Assembly: GCA_965649765.1 (NCBI GenBank)
Contig: OZ287759.1
Span: forward strand, 6,882,001 to 6,946,000
Length of the DNA stretch: 64,000 bases
Origin: Bispira polyomma
Taxonomy: Eukaryota
Direction: 5' to 3'
The notes under the pieces were generated by a model. That model searched no databases. It worked only from the letters and a program-made list of their open reading frames with translations, and was not told where the DNA came from. Made by a program: the position numbers and the translations under genes. Of the stretch, positions 13,562 to 26,400 are shown one piece after another. How positions within the stretch are numbered: the stretch's first letter is position 1; the number at the start of each line of letters is the position of its first letter.

Positions 13562-16290
13562 CTTTAATCATTTATACATACATCTTTACTAGATTTCATT
13601 TGGCAACCTTCCTTAAAAATCTAAGGTTACTTCAAAATTCAAACTTAAATGCAATCTTAAGTAACCCTAATTTCCAAGTTAAGGCTACCCTTAAATTAAA
13701 CTACTATGGTCACCTTGATTTGAAGTCCTCAGGTTAATTTCTTAAACCTCAACTCATGGTGCTAATTAGACTTTACTGTCAGTCAAACACTGAATGACTG
13801 CATTATACAAGTTCCTATTCTGTTCAAAAGTAGTCAGCACTGGTGTTTTATAACTGCCAGCTTCTTTATTTTATTCTGAAACTAGAGACTTGTGTCAGTC
13901 AGGAGCCAGCATTTGCTGGCGAGAGCCCACGATTTTAAAGCAGAACTACAGTGCATCCTTTTCAATATTACTGCTTCAACATAAACACCCTACTTATGCT
14001 GTGTGTGGAGTTATACTGCAGGTCATTTGAACGGAACATCTTTTCTGCTGCTCCATTTATAAACCCTACTATTTACCAATGAATGCCTGTGTGTGTAGAT
14101 ATAGTGTGTGTGTATAAAGTATGGGCCAGTTCTAAGTATTTGTATTTTTTAATCATTCAAAAACAATGTAATGTAGAGTGGGCTTTTGTAGAAGCAAACA
14201 CCTTGATTGTTTGACTTATTAAAATTGTTGTTTGAGCTATTAAAATTGTAATACACGTATAACATTACAATATCAGCATACTTGTCTGAGCATTTTCTGA
14301 TTTATTTGACTTTTGCATTTCCTCACCAACTGAATTATGTATTTCTAACTAGACTCACATGCAATATTCAATAATTTTGGAGTAATGTCAGTAATATCAG
14401 TTGTTTGTATTACTAAAAAATTGTTCATTCATCTGTCACTTACAGAGATTAAAAGCTGTTTCATTCAAAAAGGATTCCAGTAGAAATACCAGTTGAAATA
14501 TCCTTTAAGTTAAATCCTATAACAGCTGTAGAAATATGTTTAATTTGTGGAAAAGCATAGATGTCAAAACTGGATGTAGATTGTTTAAGCCTTATTTAAA
14601 AACAAAGACTGAACTTATACACAAGTCTTACTGTGACGATTTTTGATCTTCAATGCCACCGAATATAAAATTTGTTGTATTTAGTTAACAATTCCTCATG
14701 ATTCTTCCATAACAAATTCCCTATCCATTAAAATGTATTGTTTGACTCTCATGGTGAAATTGACTCTGATATCGTTAATTATTTCTGGAAAGTCGATAAC
14801 ATTAAAATTATCATTCCCTAATGTACTCAAAAATAGTATAAATAGTAAGACTACTCTAGTGGGCTTTTTTTAAAAATATGATGAAAGAAGACAATTAGTA
14901 CAATACGTTTTATTTTTATAGAGTCCTATAATTTTTTTAAATACACCCCAAGTGGATTTTTACTATATTATTTACTTCTAAAATGTAATTCTTATGCTTC
15001 TATAGGTCAACATATGACACAGAACAGTCAGAAAAAGTTCCAAAATATATAAGATTCACGCCATTTTCACTGACATCAGGTTATACGTTCCATTGTATCA
15101 TCCGGCCCATATCAAGCATGAAAACATCATAATTTTTATAAACTTAATGATTCATACATACTGTTAATAACAGTTCATAAAAAACATGGAATTTATGGTA
15201 AAACTTTTGCCACCAAAAGTTTATCATGTAATAAGATTTTTAACAAACTGTTAATCAGGTGTATCAAACAATAAAAAAGTGGGTAGAGAAGGGGTTATCC
15301 TATATTAAATTGGTCAACATTCCCCTGCATACTAGCAGCACCCTCTTCTATGTGTGACCTTGGCATAATAATAATTAGTGGAAAGTTTGATGGAATTTTC
15401 TCTTGATAACAAGGTGCACTAAAACATGAATCACCTCAAACATCTATATGTCATCTGCTTTTACACATTTATATTTTCCTCTACCAAAGCCTCCAGTAGC
15501 TGGATAACCACTACACATGAACTAATTTACTCCTAGTATATTTGGACATAATTATTTTAAATAATCAAAAACTAAAGGAGCAAGTTTACAAATAATTATA
15601 TTCACACTGGCAGTTCAGGCTAGATAAAATATATCATGCTTATCTAATATATATTCAACGGCTCTAACTTGTTTCATAGCATTAATTATAGCATTCATGT
15701 TTGCAATACTATTGATATTTCTGACATAACTTCACTACCAAAACTTAAAACAGAAAACACACTTGCTCAAACATAGAGTTCATTTACAGTCTATCTCTTA
15801 TGTTTACTTTCCCTATCAACAGCATGTGGTTCAACAAAAGCTCATGGGGTAAGTGTTGAAGTCACATACATAGGCCCTTTTAGTTCTTTAAAAACAAGCA
15901 CATGGATTTTACTGTTGTCATATAAACAGTATGGGATTTGTGAATTATATTAAACAGACTGGCAGTCAAAAACCTACGAGTACATAATGGTTTTTTTTTA
16001 CCTATAGGTGGCTCCATGTATTTCCAGGTGAGTGAATAAGACCCTTTAATCCACAGAGGGGAAAAAACCTCAAAAATCATAATGCCCTCATTGAAGGACC
16101 TTGCACAAGGTCTAGGTGCTAATGTGGAAAACATTGGCACTATAAATAGACTTTCCACTTTAGACTTTCTTAAAATCTTTTTCTCTCAAATCTGGGCAGT
16201 TTAACTTTGTAAATAGATACAGGTTCTGAGAAAAGTGTTTGTATATATATCTTCCACATGCTATTACAATTCATCAGGGACCAGTTTGCA

Positions 16291-16406
16291 TCAATTTTCA
16301 CAGATAAAACAGCCACTCTGGATGACAACAAGTGTCATTGTTACCGTGACAGCAGAGCCTCCCCATGCTGTCTGCATCTCAGCCTCGTTGTGGTCACACT
16401 CTATTA
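16291..16406 (-). CDS. Probable last coding exon of Cys-rich repeat gene (VIECDHNEAEMQTAWGGSAVTVTMTLVVIQSGCFICEN*)
   Basis: ttgcag acceptor, phase 1 matching the upstream exon, open to TGA at 16291-16293; hydrophobic tail segment. Confidence 0.55.
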
Positions 16407-16670
16407 CTGCAATATATGTTGTAAATACACTGGATATAAATGTCCTTAGTTGTATTTATCCATAACTATTATTACATTTTGGGGAATTGTAAGCCACTCA
16501 AATGTTATATTAAGCGAAGTGTATCTCTGGGACCGTATACAGAAGAGCTTAGACATTTTTTCTTTATACCGAAAGATACATCCTGGTATATTTTCACATT
16601 GTCAAAAATAATATACATCAAGGTTTCTACTAATTTACTTTTTATTGACTGTACAAAGACAAGGACAAAT

Positions 16671-17025
16671 TAGTACCATACAGTGCCAATTTTTATCTAG
16701 CACCATACAGTGCCAATTTTTATCTAGTACCATACAGTGCCAATTTTTATCTAGCACCATACAGTGCCAATTTTTATCTAGTACCATACAGTGCCAATTT
16801 TTATCTAGTACCATACAGTGCCAATTTTTATCTAGTACCATACAGTGCCAATTTTTATCTAGTACCATACAGTGCCAATTTTTATCTAGTACCATACAGT
16901 GCCAATTTTTATCTAGTACCATACAGTGCCAATTTTTATCTAGTACCATACAGTGCCAATTTTTATCTAGTACCATACAGTGCCAATTTTTATCTAGTAC
17001 CATACAGTGCCAATTTTTATCTAGT
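16671..17025. repeat. Minisatellite, 13 x 27 bp (tagtaccatacagtgccaatttttatc), intronic
   Basis: Direct reading; only units 2 and 4 differ (t>c). Explains spurious ORFs 16635-17057 and 16645-17064. Confidence 0.98.
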
Positions 17026-17750
17026 TTAAGGTTGTTCGGTACTACTGTTTTCCCCAAAAAATAAATTTCAATATTTTTTCATAAAAATTGCAGAAAATGT
17101 GCCTTGTTAAGTTGTCTATTGGGAATGATAAGTCACTTTGCCCTTTTATAAGCCACTCTGCTATAAAATGATGTTTATCTTCAGAAAAAAAAATCGCCAT
17201 GTTTCATGTTATTCCGAAAGAAACATAAGGTTTTTGGGCCCTAAAATTCTAAATAAACTGATGTTTAAAAAAGAATTGCGCAGTGACCCCGTTTTTTTCT
17301 TATATTTAGTTACAGTTTGTAATTTACCACAGCTGGGGAGAAAAAAATAAATTCTGTGTGTTAAAGTACCTTTTTATGTGAATTTGTCTTCCCAAAACAG
17401 GCTTTTCCATTGAAAACAATAAGCAAATAAATGGAAATACATACCATATTCAAAGCTCTGAAGGCAATGAAAGACCCTTGTGTGATATAGTTTTTTTGAT
17501 ATTTTTGTTCAACACATTAATCAAGCTTTTTATAAAACAAAAATTTAAAAAAATCTGTGGGTTAAAAAAAATGGTAGCAAACAACCTTAAGACAGTGGGT
17601 TTGGGGAATACACCATTTACAAAATACTAGAAGTAGTAGTGTGGTGTGTGTTTTAGTGACTCCAAAATTACTACAAATTTCCTTCAATTCCAGACGATAA
17701 CTTTCTGTCGGGGTTGAAAGCGTTAACTTATCTATGAATGATAAACTTAC

Positions 17751-17876
17751 CATCACAACTGTTTGTGGCCTCATTCAGCTGGTATCCCTTCTTGCAGGCA
17801 AGGCAAATGATTTCTAATTCTTCTTGAGTGTCTTTGTACCGACACAAGGTACAATTATCATCCACAATGGTGCATG
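17751..17876 (-). CDS. Cys-rich repeat exon (CTIVDDNCTLCRYKDTQEELEIICLACKKGYQLNEATNSCD)
   Basis: cccag acceptor, gtaagt donor, 126 nt, phase 1-1; C..CxxC..CxxCxxGY..C pattern. Confidence 0.85.
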
Positions 17877-18444
17877 CTGGGTAATGAATATATACATTAC
17901 AACATAAATTTGTGACGACTAATAATATTAGTAGAAGTATCACACTGAAAATATTAAGTTGGTGTATTTAATTCTAGACTTCCAGACTCAAAACATTTTT
18001 CGTCATAATTTTTGTCATAATATGTACATGTGTTTGGTTCGAGAACTTTGAAAACCAGAATTTTTTTATTTTGTTTTCCTTCAGTTCCTCGTGAGAGTAA
18101 TAGGTTAGTACATCAAAATCTCACATTAACAAAATTAGATGTGAGGCTGGTATTGAATACCATAAGTAGTCTGTCCTGTGTACTTCAGTACTTAATGGTA
18201 GTTTTCTTCTGGGGCTAATATTATACATTGTTATACCTCAGCTGGTAATCCAGTGATCCTATTGGTTAAAATTCAATCACGTGAAATAACATAAAATCCT
18301 ATATGGCTCTCTGAAAATTTGATATGGCCTCTAAAAATTCTGAAAAATGCTTCATTATAATAACCAGAATATAAAGCATATTGACCTCTGGTGCATAGCC
18401 ATATGACTCTCACAAATAAGTTATATTATGATATAAAGACTTGC

Positions 18445-18558
18445 AGTTGCAGGTTTTGTCTCTGTTTTGAAAGATGTAGCCTTCTTCACAGGAAGCGCAG
18501 AGTAGGCTGGTACGCTGGTAGAAACACATCTGACAGTGGTCTGTGACCATGGAGCAAG
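18445..18558 (-). CDS. Cys-rich repeat exon (CSMVTDHCQMCFYQRTSLLCASCEEGYIFQNRDKTCN) with GC donor
   Basis: cacag acceptor; donor gcaagt gives 114 nt, phase 1-1, the same length as the neighbouring exon. Confidence 0.8.
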
Positions 18559-20237
18559 CTGTGGAATACAGCAGTGATATAGCATTCATAAAAGGGCAAT
18601 ATTGAAATAAATTATATGTATGTGAAGGTATGTTTATATTATGATTTTTCCCCTATTGTGGTATCATCGAACTTTACAATTTACAACCCCAGCTTGGATT
18701 GATATTTGTTGTACTCTCTAATTCATTTAAAGTCATGCTTGTGATCTACAAATAAAACTTGATAATAATGTGTGGAGGGTGTCAATATTGAATGTGATAT
18801 TAAACGGTATGTTCCGGTAATAAGAGAAAAAATGTTTCTGTTAGCCGTGTTTGGTTAGCAGACAAGCAAAATCGTCATGCTGTTGAACATTACAATCATT
18901 ATATAAAGCAATCAGTACGTATCATATATTTGTTTCCTCGGGTCAGTACACCTTAATTAAGCATTATCAAATTTTGTTTGAAATCCAGAAATCAAAATTT
19001 AGAGCAGTTGTCGCCTTTCCTTTAGTAACCTCGAGAGACCAAAGAGACTGTTAAACCCACCTAGAGGTCTGGATTTAAAGTTTTCTCGATCGCTGGCCCT
19101 ATGTTATTGGATTAATGGGTCTCCCACTTGAGTCCAGTTTCCCTCCTTGTATACCCCTAGACCGGGGTGATGTCTTTGCTGATGTTTTGATTCACTGAAG
19201 TGCACGCCGAGGAACAGAGTTGTTTTCTATTGCAAATCGTTGTAAATGTAACGCGTCATTTATTCATATACTATACAATAGAAACATATGGCAATATTTT
19301 CAAATAATGATATTTAATTTATTCAAGTACTTTTAGGTTGGTATAATAAGTTATAATATTGTGTATGGCTATTGGATTAATCAATATACAACCACAGACT
19401 AAATAGATAGATGATAGTTTGTTGGTTTGCTTTTACACATTTTCAACAATTCACTATAGTAAACAACTCTGTCCCTCGTCATGCATACATCAGTAAAAAA
19501 TCAGAGCATTGTTGTGGGATAGAAAACTCGGTCTATGTTCACCCCAACATTTTTCTTTACAACCGGGCCACGTTTTTTTTTTTTTTGAACTTCGGACTTT
19601 AGATTAGTTACCTGACGTAGTTGTTGCAGTTTAGAAGCTACCGTGTGTTAATAATGCAAGTCCAAAGGCAACATACAATATATCAGACTTTAACCTAAAG
19701 TTCCGGGTATTTCGAAGTATGCGTGCTGCTGAATTCTAAACAATCGTACACTAGACCATATCGAAATTCCAGAAATTATTTGTGGTATGTGTTTTTGTTA
19801 CATTCGACTATCTAGAATGATATTTGCTTCAGTATACAGCAACACAACTCCCTAGTTGTGATGAAATTACTTTTTCATTGTAGGGATGGAACTTGAGAGA
19901 CCAATTTCAGAGAAGTATTTAAAGATGCACAAGTATTCCACGAATCAAACTTTTATATATTCCTATATTATCTCATAGCAATATATCTTTGATATCATAG
20001 TATCACCCAGATTATGTAACCTATTTGCTTAATGTTTCTTTATGAGTAAAAGTTTCAAGATATGCGCATGGTGTGTTCATCTACTTCTGTAAGGCTCATG
20101 TTGAGAATAAACGAAAATTAAATATTTATTATACAAAAGTTCAATGAAATGCTTACTACAGGAAGACATATTCTAGACAGATCTAACCATTAGGTTTTAA
20201 GGTTTAACATCTAGCTTCTTAAGGTACATTTAGGGAA

Positions 20238-20440
20238 TGCGTTGGTCCAGTGGTTAGAGGCATCTGCTTCAACATCATTGGCGTCTTACTGATGTTAGTT
20301 CCAAACCTGTTCATTCGTTCATGTGGTAAAGTTTGTCAGGTACATCCTGTAGTTCGGTGGCTTAATATCCTAGATTCCTCCCAACATTAAATCAGGCTAT
20401 CGTGGTATTACCTGAGTTGTTGAAAACGACTCAAAACCCC
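20238..20440 (+). mobile_element. tRNA-derived SINE with Meta-type core
   Basis: tggtccagtggttag head, tgtggtaaagtttgtcag..tcggtgg core, ctgagttgttgaaaacgac tail. Relatives at 56985-57155 and 58684-58790. Confidence 0.65.
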
Positions 20441-20702
20441 CCAAAAATCTCAATTCGAGCTTTAATTATCCTAAATACACTTCCCAGTTTTACTTAGGTA
20501 CCCTATGTAATCCACCATAATATATATAATCTGGTCTAGGATGCTGGATTTCCATAGTATGATTTAGAAAGGTCACATTTTAAAAATCACATCTCGAGCT
20601 ATTTAAGTTTCTTAATATATTTTCATCATGTGCAACTTTCTATTGGCAAAACTTCAACCAATCACAAATTCCACACATTGTAGATGTGACTTAAGAACTT
20701 AC

Positions 20703-20816
20703 CTTCACAAACACCATGCTTCACCTTGAGTGCCCAGCCAGCTTCACAGCCATAACACATCAGATCATTGCCATGGTAACCACATATATTACAATGGGTG
20801 GTGGATATGCTACAGG
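20703..20816 (-). CDS. Cys-rich repeat exon (CSISTTHCNICGYHGNDLMCYGCEAGWALKVKHGVCE)
   Basis: tttttgcag acceptor, gtaagt donor, 114 nt, phase 1-1. Confidence 0.85.
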
Positions 20817-21464
20817 CTGCAAAAATGTGACATGTAGCAACATTTAAATGTGTACATCAGACAAAGCCGGATATTGATTTCACTCTAAAAGGGTGACGCC
20901 ATATTAGAAAATATGTAAAGGCCTTCGTGAATCAATTAGATTGGCAATGGACCCGGCCAAACTGAGGTGGTGTCAGATTTATTGTTATCAGGTGCTGCAT
21001 GTGTCATGTGGAGTATATAGTGGCCATATCAACCTTAGTGAATGGCACACACTGTGTGATTAGATATTTGTTAAAAAGACAACTGTTGTTTTATAAACTG
21101 CACATACATTTGTTTTTATATATGAAAATGAGAAACATATATAGATATTTACTATGGTGATTTGCTTTGGTACAATAGCAGTTTATAACTAACAAGAAAG
21201 ATACAGAATTACCTAGCTCTCAATGGTGCTGATAAGGCACAGTGAATACAAGTAAGTTTGGCACAGATCATTATATTTCAATACACAATTTATTGTTTAT
21301 TTCATGTCATAATTTGTAAACAAATTTCCCTGTTTACTCCTGAGTGTGTTAAAACAGATCAATAAACAAGTGAGGGATATTAAGATGTATTAAAAGACTA
21401 AAAACTGGACATACACACATATAGAATGATACATTGGTATTATACTATTAATAATCATTTAAGC

Positions 21465-22140
21465 ATTTATGGAGCACCAAAATGATGAGAACATCCTCTA
21501 AGCCACTGATATTCAAAAAGGGAAAGTCCAGGGGAAAGCAAAAGGTTGTCAGCAAAAACATCTACCAACGAGGTAACTAACGAGGGGTAAATCAGTGATT
21601 TTCTCCTATGTTCTGACAATTTCTGGGAGTTTCTTCCATTCAACAGGAGCCGCGACAGCAAAGCAGCTCTTGCCAATTTTCCTAATTGGCTGAGTTGAAG
21701 AGAGGGAGAGGTGGTTTCCCTGGATAAAGTTACTAGACTTGATGAGTGAGGACAAATAAGGATGTTGGTTGAGCTTGGTAGTTTTGAACACAATAATGTT
21801 GTTTTTCAAAAGAATACACTGTTCAAAAGATGGTCACTGTTGTTTGTTTATGTATGATGAAACATGACTGAATTTTTCAAGCTTGTACACAAGGGCATCT
21901 TGAACTCCTTTACGTATCATTACAATAGTCTAACTGACTGCTCAGCATGGCATCGAGACTGAGATAGCTGCATATTCTAGGTAGATTGTGTAGGTGGTAA
22001 CAACAGGCCCGGAAGACACTGGCTACATGGCTACTGTTGAGTTGTCTTTGTCAAATATAATACCGAGGTTCTTTACTTCACTTGCTGGTGACATATTGTT
22101 TTCAAGAAGACTGATGAAGAAGAATAACTTCAAACTGCGG
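21465..22140 (-). mobile_element. L2/CR1-type LINE 3' fragment
   Basis: KEVKNLGIIFD-like segment near 22070; ORF 21606-21809 GKSCFAVAAPVEWKKLPE. Confidence 0.7.
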
Positions 22141-22599
22141 CACACCATGGTCGAGTTAGAAAGCGTCTGAGAATTGTACACCAAGTTTGATTAGTTTTTG
22201 CTTACTACGATGTACATGTAAATAGGACTGGATCCAACAAGTGATGGGGGTGAGTACTGCCACGCTGCCACTGTCAACAAAAGCAGATATATCATTTTGA
22301 CTTTTCAACAGTGTGGTTTCAGTTGAATAAAAGCATATGTATGCTGATTGATGTATTTTTGAGGTGATTTCATGGGTAATTTAACTGTGTTGCCACGGCT
22401 TTCTCAATGAGTTAGCAGACATAACTCAAATTAGATACAGGTCTAGAATTGCATAACAATTAAAGTTTACGATGATTTGCTATAGTAAAAAACTCTGTAC
22501 ATCGCCATATGTAACGTCAGTAAATCAAAACATTGTTGAGGACAGAGAACTCTTGCAGAATATACTTGCTGCTCTCGAATACCCCTCCCTTCCACTTAC

Positions 22600-22734
22600 G
22601 TGTACATGCATTGTTGTTTTCCTTATTGTTGTAGGCCCATCCATCCTGACAAGAGGTACACTCTACACTAGTGGGTTCTGTGGTGGTCTGGTTATAGGTA
22701 CAGCTGTGACAATGTGGGTCCACTGTTTGACAAA
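22600..22734 (-). CDS. Cys-rich repeat exon (VCQTVDPHCHSCTYNQTTTEPTSVECTSCQDGWAYNNKENNNACT)
   Basis: ttgcag acceptor, gtaagt donor, 135 nt, phase 1-1; lies inside ORF 22517-22759. Confidence 0.85.
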
Positions 22735-23266
22735 CTGCAATGAAAAGGGTAAAAAACATAAGGTGGGAATTACATAGAAGTGTTATTCATTAGAACAGAT
22801 TATATGGGTTTTAAAGAGGGACACATTTGTAACCTTTAATGTTTTATGGATATTTTTGGAGCCTTCGTAATAACACCAAATATATAGTTCTATATTCTAA
22901 TTTAATCTAGGAGAACTCAAAGTGCCATAACCTCCTAATAATAGGTAAAATTTATAATAAGACGGACATAACCAAGGTCAAAATCATTCAGACAGCATGA
23001 AACAGAAGGGCTATGTTAGAAAGGCTTTGTTGAGGAAATGTTTTTGCTGTCCTGATGTGGAGTGGGAGATTATTCCAGAGTAAAGGAGCAATTTACAAAA
23101 GTTCATTAGTCGAAAAGACTACTGTATGGACAGCTGGACTGCCAGTGCCCAGGGGGTTCAGATCTCAATATGAAGACATTGACCAAAGCAACACAGGGAG
23201 TGTGGTTACAAATATTTATTAGCTCTGCCTTTATACTATGCTTGGTGTATATAGAGTTGTTTTTTG

Positions 23267-23473
23267 TTTGGGCATAAGGTCACCTCAGCTAAAGGTGAAC
23301 AGTCACCTTAAGCTGAATTTGAGGTCACCCTATCTTGATTTTAAGATAGTGAGTTTTAGGTTAGGGTGACCTTCAGTAAAATAGTTTTCACCAATTTTGA
23401 AAATGTTGAGGTTAAGTCCTTCTTGAAGTATTAGGGCAATCTACTGAATTCTAGAGGTGGCCTTATGCCCAAA
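23267..23473. repeat. 3' inverted-repeat-bounded palindromic array of host copy
   Basis: tttgggcataaggtcacctc (23267-23286) / gaggtggccttatgcccaaa (23454-23473). RGGTSACCY-like motifs at 23277, 23300, 23322, 23364, 23385, 23409, 23434, 23455. Confidence 0.9.
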
Positions 23474-23569
23474 AGCCAGTAATTTTTTTATTTTACTATA
23501 TATTTAAGAATAACTCTGTTCAATACTTGGCTGACAAATTTGCTTTGTCAGCCCACCAAACACCAGATA

Positions 23570-24300
23570 CTAGGTAGTTAGTAGTTAGCCAAATGCAGTC
23601 CGACGTCCAGGTGCCATGCCTTTGTATGTCCTGTATGTGGACATTATTATTGAAGGCAAACGTGGCCCCTGAACATCGGAATTCGTCAATGGTCAAACCG
23701 AATTAGGCTAAACCCAGGATTTGCAATGTGTTTTTCAAATGATAATGCACTGGAATATCCATCAGGGGAATCCAACCCTGATCCAATTTATATTGAAACA
23801 GAAGCAAATTTTTGCCAGCTGGTGTTATACTCATATTTTGCAAGGCTTTGACTGAGCAAAGCATTGAATCAGGTATGGCAGGTACAGTAAATAATTTGAT
23901 TGCGTCGTTTGTTTGCAACGTTTTGAACCACTTGACCATTATTACTGCGTATCCAGGTTTGAACACGATATCAGCTCTGGCTAACTGCTCTAAAGGCAAA
24001 AATGTACTTGCTGAGTCAGGGCAAAGGTTAGACATCTTTAGAAAACTAAAGAAACTGGTCAGGTATACTGCTTTGGACACTTGGCCTATACACGTCAGGT
24101 CACATTTTGGTTACCAATTCTTTAAGAAGGGGGATGTCAAACAAACATTTTTTATTTTACTTGCAGATGTCTATCAGGAGAGCTCTGTTATAATAAGCAA
24201 TTTTTGGATCGGTAAAAGCCTCCACATTAATGATAAACAATATACATTGGGCCTCAATAGCCGACAAATGATTAGCAACTTGAGAGACTGAGATAGCATT
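23570..24300 (-). pseudogene. Tyrosine recombinase of host copy (decayed)
   Basis: KAVYLTSFFSFLKMSNLCP..VKWFKTLQ; downstream FRCSGATFAFNNNV..RHGTWTSDC; collinear with 30331-30969. Confidence 0.9.
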
Positions 24301-24359
24301 ATGCCCCAAAAAATATGACAGTAATAATAACACAGTAATTTCTGGTGTAAGTTGCTAAA

Positions 24360-25950
24360 ATGGGGTGCCTGATTTTGCTACTTTGCAAGACACTTACCAC
24401 AGCTTGGTTATCACACCAAACCTTTTGGTCCCTGCCATGTTTTGGTCCTCAATTTTACCCAGACTACAATGTTTACAATTTCCAAATAAGTAATGTTGTC
24501 ATTTTGCATGTGACTTCATATTTTGATTTCATATACTTGATTTGCAAGGATACCTCCCATACCTTTGAGGGAGGCATCCAGTTCGATTGGAGCAGTTACA
24601 GGCTTATGGTCAAAGAAGGACATCCAAACAAATTGTTCTATGAATGTATGGAACCAATTTAAGTCACGTCTTAACTCAGGGGTTACTTTAAAATGAGTTT
24701 TGCTGTGATTGTTTCTAAGCAGCTCTAGCATCCGGTTTAGAAAAATACATGCATACTTAATGTGTTTGGCTTTGTACAGTAGCTTTCCTAGCAAATATTG
24801 TAACTTGTAACATTTTGTACAATGGGTTTTTATCTCCCAGTTTCTGCACAGAGCTTTGATTTCTTGCAATTTTTTACTTGGCTTGGATGTTGTGGAATTT
24901 ACTGTGTCAATAATAATAATAATACCTAAGCACACAACTTCCATGCCAGGGGGTATCAACGTTTTCTTACTTACAGTAAGACCAAGTTTGTCAAGCACCT
25001 GTTGCAATCTGTCATATGACATGTTTATTTTGCCCGGTAGCAGGACACATAAAAAATTGTCTATAAAATTTTTAATAATGTGGCCCTCTGACCTCATCTA
25101 ACTGCGTCCGAGAGACGTTGAAATATCGTGGATCCCTTTTGATACCCGAAGGGGAGCGATTCATCTATGTAATATGACTTCTGCTTTAGTCCCAAGAGGT
25201 CGACATCACCAGGGCCAATCGAGACGTGACAGAACGCCCTGCTGATGTGAACCTTGTATATAAGGCAACCTTCCCGAATTTTACGACTTCCTGTGTTAAA
25301 CTGTCTATTGACGGATAAGATGATAGAAATTCTGTTCCACGTTGGGGGAACTACTGCATTTATGGAAGCCCCTCGGGGCCAGCTGAGATCAACTATGACT
25401 CTTCTAGTAACTGAACTAGACTTGTCCCTAATCATAAGGGGAGAGAAGTGTAAATTTTTAATTGGTGACTCTAAGAAAGGGCCTGGCATGGCTCCATATT
25501 TACATTTGTCTTGCATATAAGTGTCCACATGGTCGGGCCATTCATTTGCCGACTTGTAATTATCACCATTCGATTCTATATCACTACTGCATTTGAAATC
25601 TAGTGAAAATCCATACTCAATAAACAGGGGCAGTTGCCAGTCCCAGTAAGCATGCAAGTATTTCCTCCAGGTTTTTTCATGCAGTTGTGAATGCACTGGT
25701 ATCTGCAAGCCACAATAATTGTGACGACCGTCCTATCTAAGTACTGGATGCACTACGAGTTTACTTAAGTATTGTTTTGTATTACTATCAAGTACTACCT
25801 CGCCTAAACTAAAGAGGGGGATTAACCCAAACTGAATCGCTCTGTGCTTGCCATTGATGGATGATTTTATTATCTTTGGCTTTTATTAGCAATTCGCTTT
25901 TGTTTTGTTTAATCTTGAACTCCCCAGAATACTTGTCCTCGGCCACAATG
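24360..25950 (-). pseudogene. RT-RNase H of host copy (decayed)
   Basis: RRVIVDLSWP, LPFGYQKGSTIFQRLSDAVR, FIDNFL (decayed YLDD), ELDASLKGMGG, WCDNQAVV. Confidence 0.9.
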
Positions 25951-26242
25951 CATTCTATGCTTTTATGCTCATTGTAACCCCAAGTTTCCTTTCTCTTTTG
26001 TTAGGCTTTCATAGCGACGGGGTTGGGGGCTGTTACTGCCTGACCCCTCATCACTATTTTCAAACATATTTCACCAATTAGGGGGCAAACCCTATTTTGA
26101 ATAGATGTGCCTCCCTTTTTAGTCATTGTTAGTTTGTCAGTGTTAGTTTTTTTTCTAAACAATGTAAGGCAGGGCCCCAGCTCTGGCGCTCTCAGTTCTG
26201 GGGGACCAGTCTTAGCCTTCACGCTTCAGTGCTTGCGGGCTG

Positions 26243-26274
26243 TATATAAGGCAGCTTCAGTCAAACGTCCCGCC
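26243..26274 (+). promoter_or_regulatory. Internal promoter-like block: TATATAA plus CCCGCC
   Basis: Same TATA..cccgcc spacing in the host copy (32508-32475, minus). cccgcc also at ~13225 and ~5700 (minus). Confidence 0.65.
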
Positions 26275-26400
26275 ATTTATAACAATAGTGTTCACAGAAT
26301 AACAACTTTGGAACGGACATCTTGGAAATTCAAGTTGATGTTGCAGATTTTCTTTCTGTTTTTAGTCTTTTAGTGTATTTTATCAGTTTTAAACTTTACA

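Noticed and set aside
16635-17064. Two repetitive ORFs on opposite strands
   Set aside because: Translation of a 27 bp intronic minisatellite.
23812-25520. Plus-strand ORFs over the host element, and minus-strand ORFs over the inner element
   Set aside because: Antisense shadows of RT and YR coding sequence.
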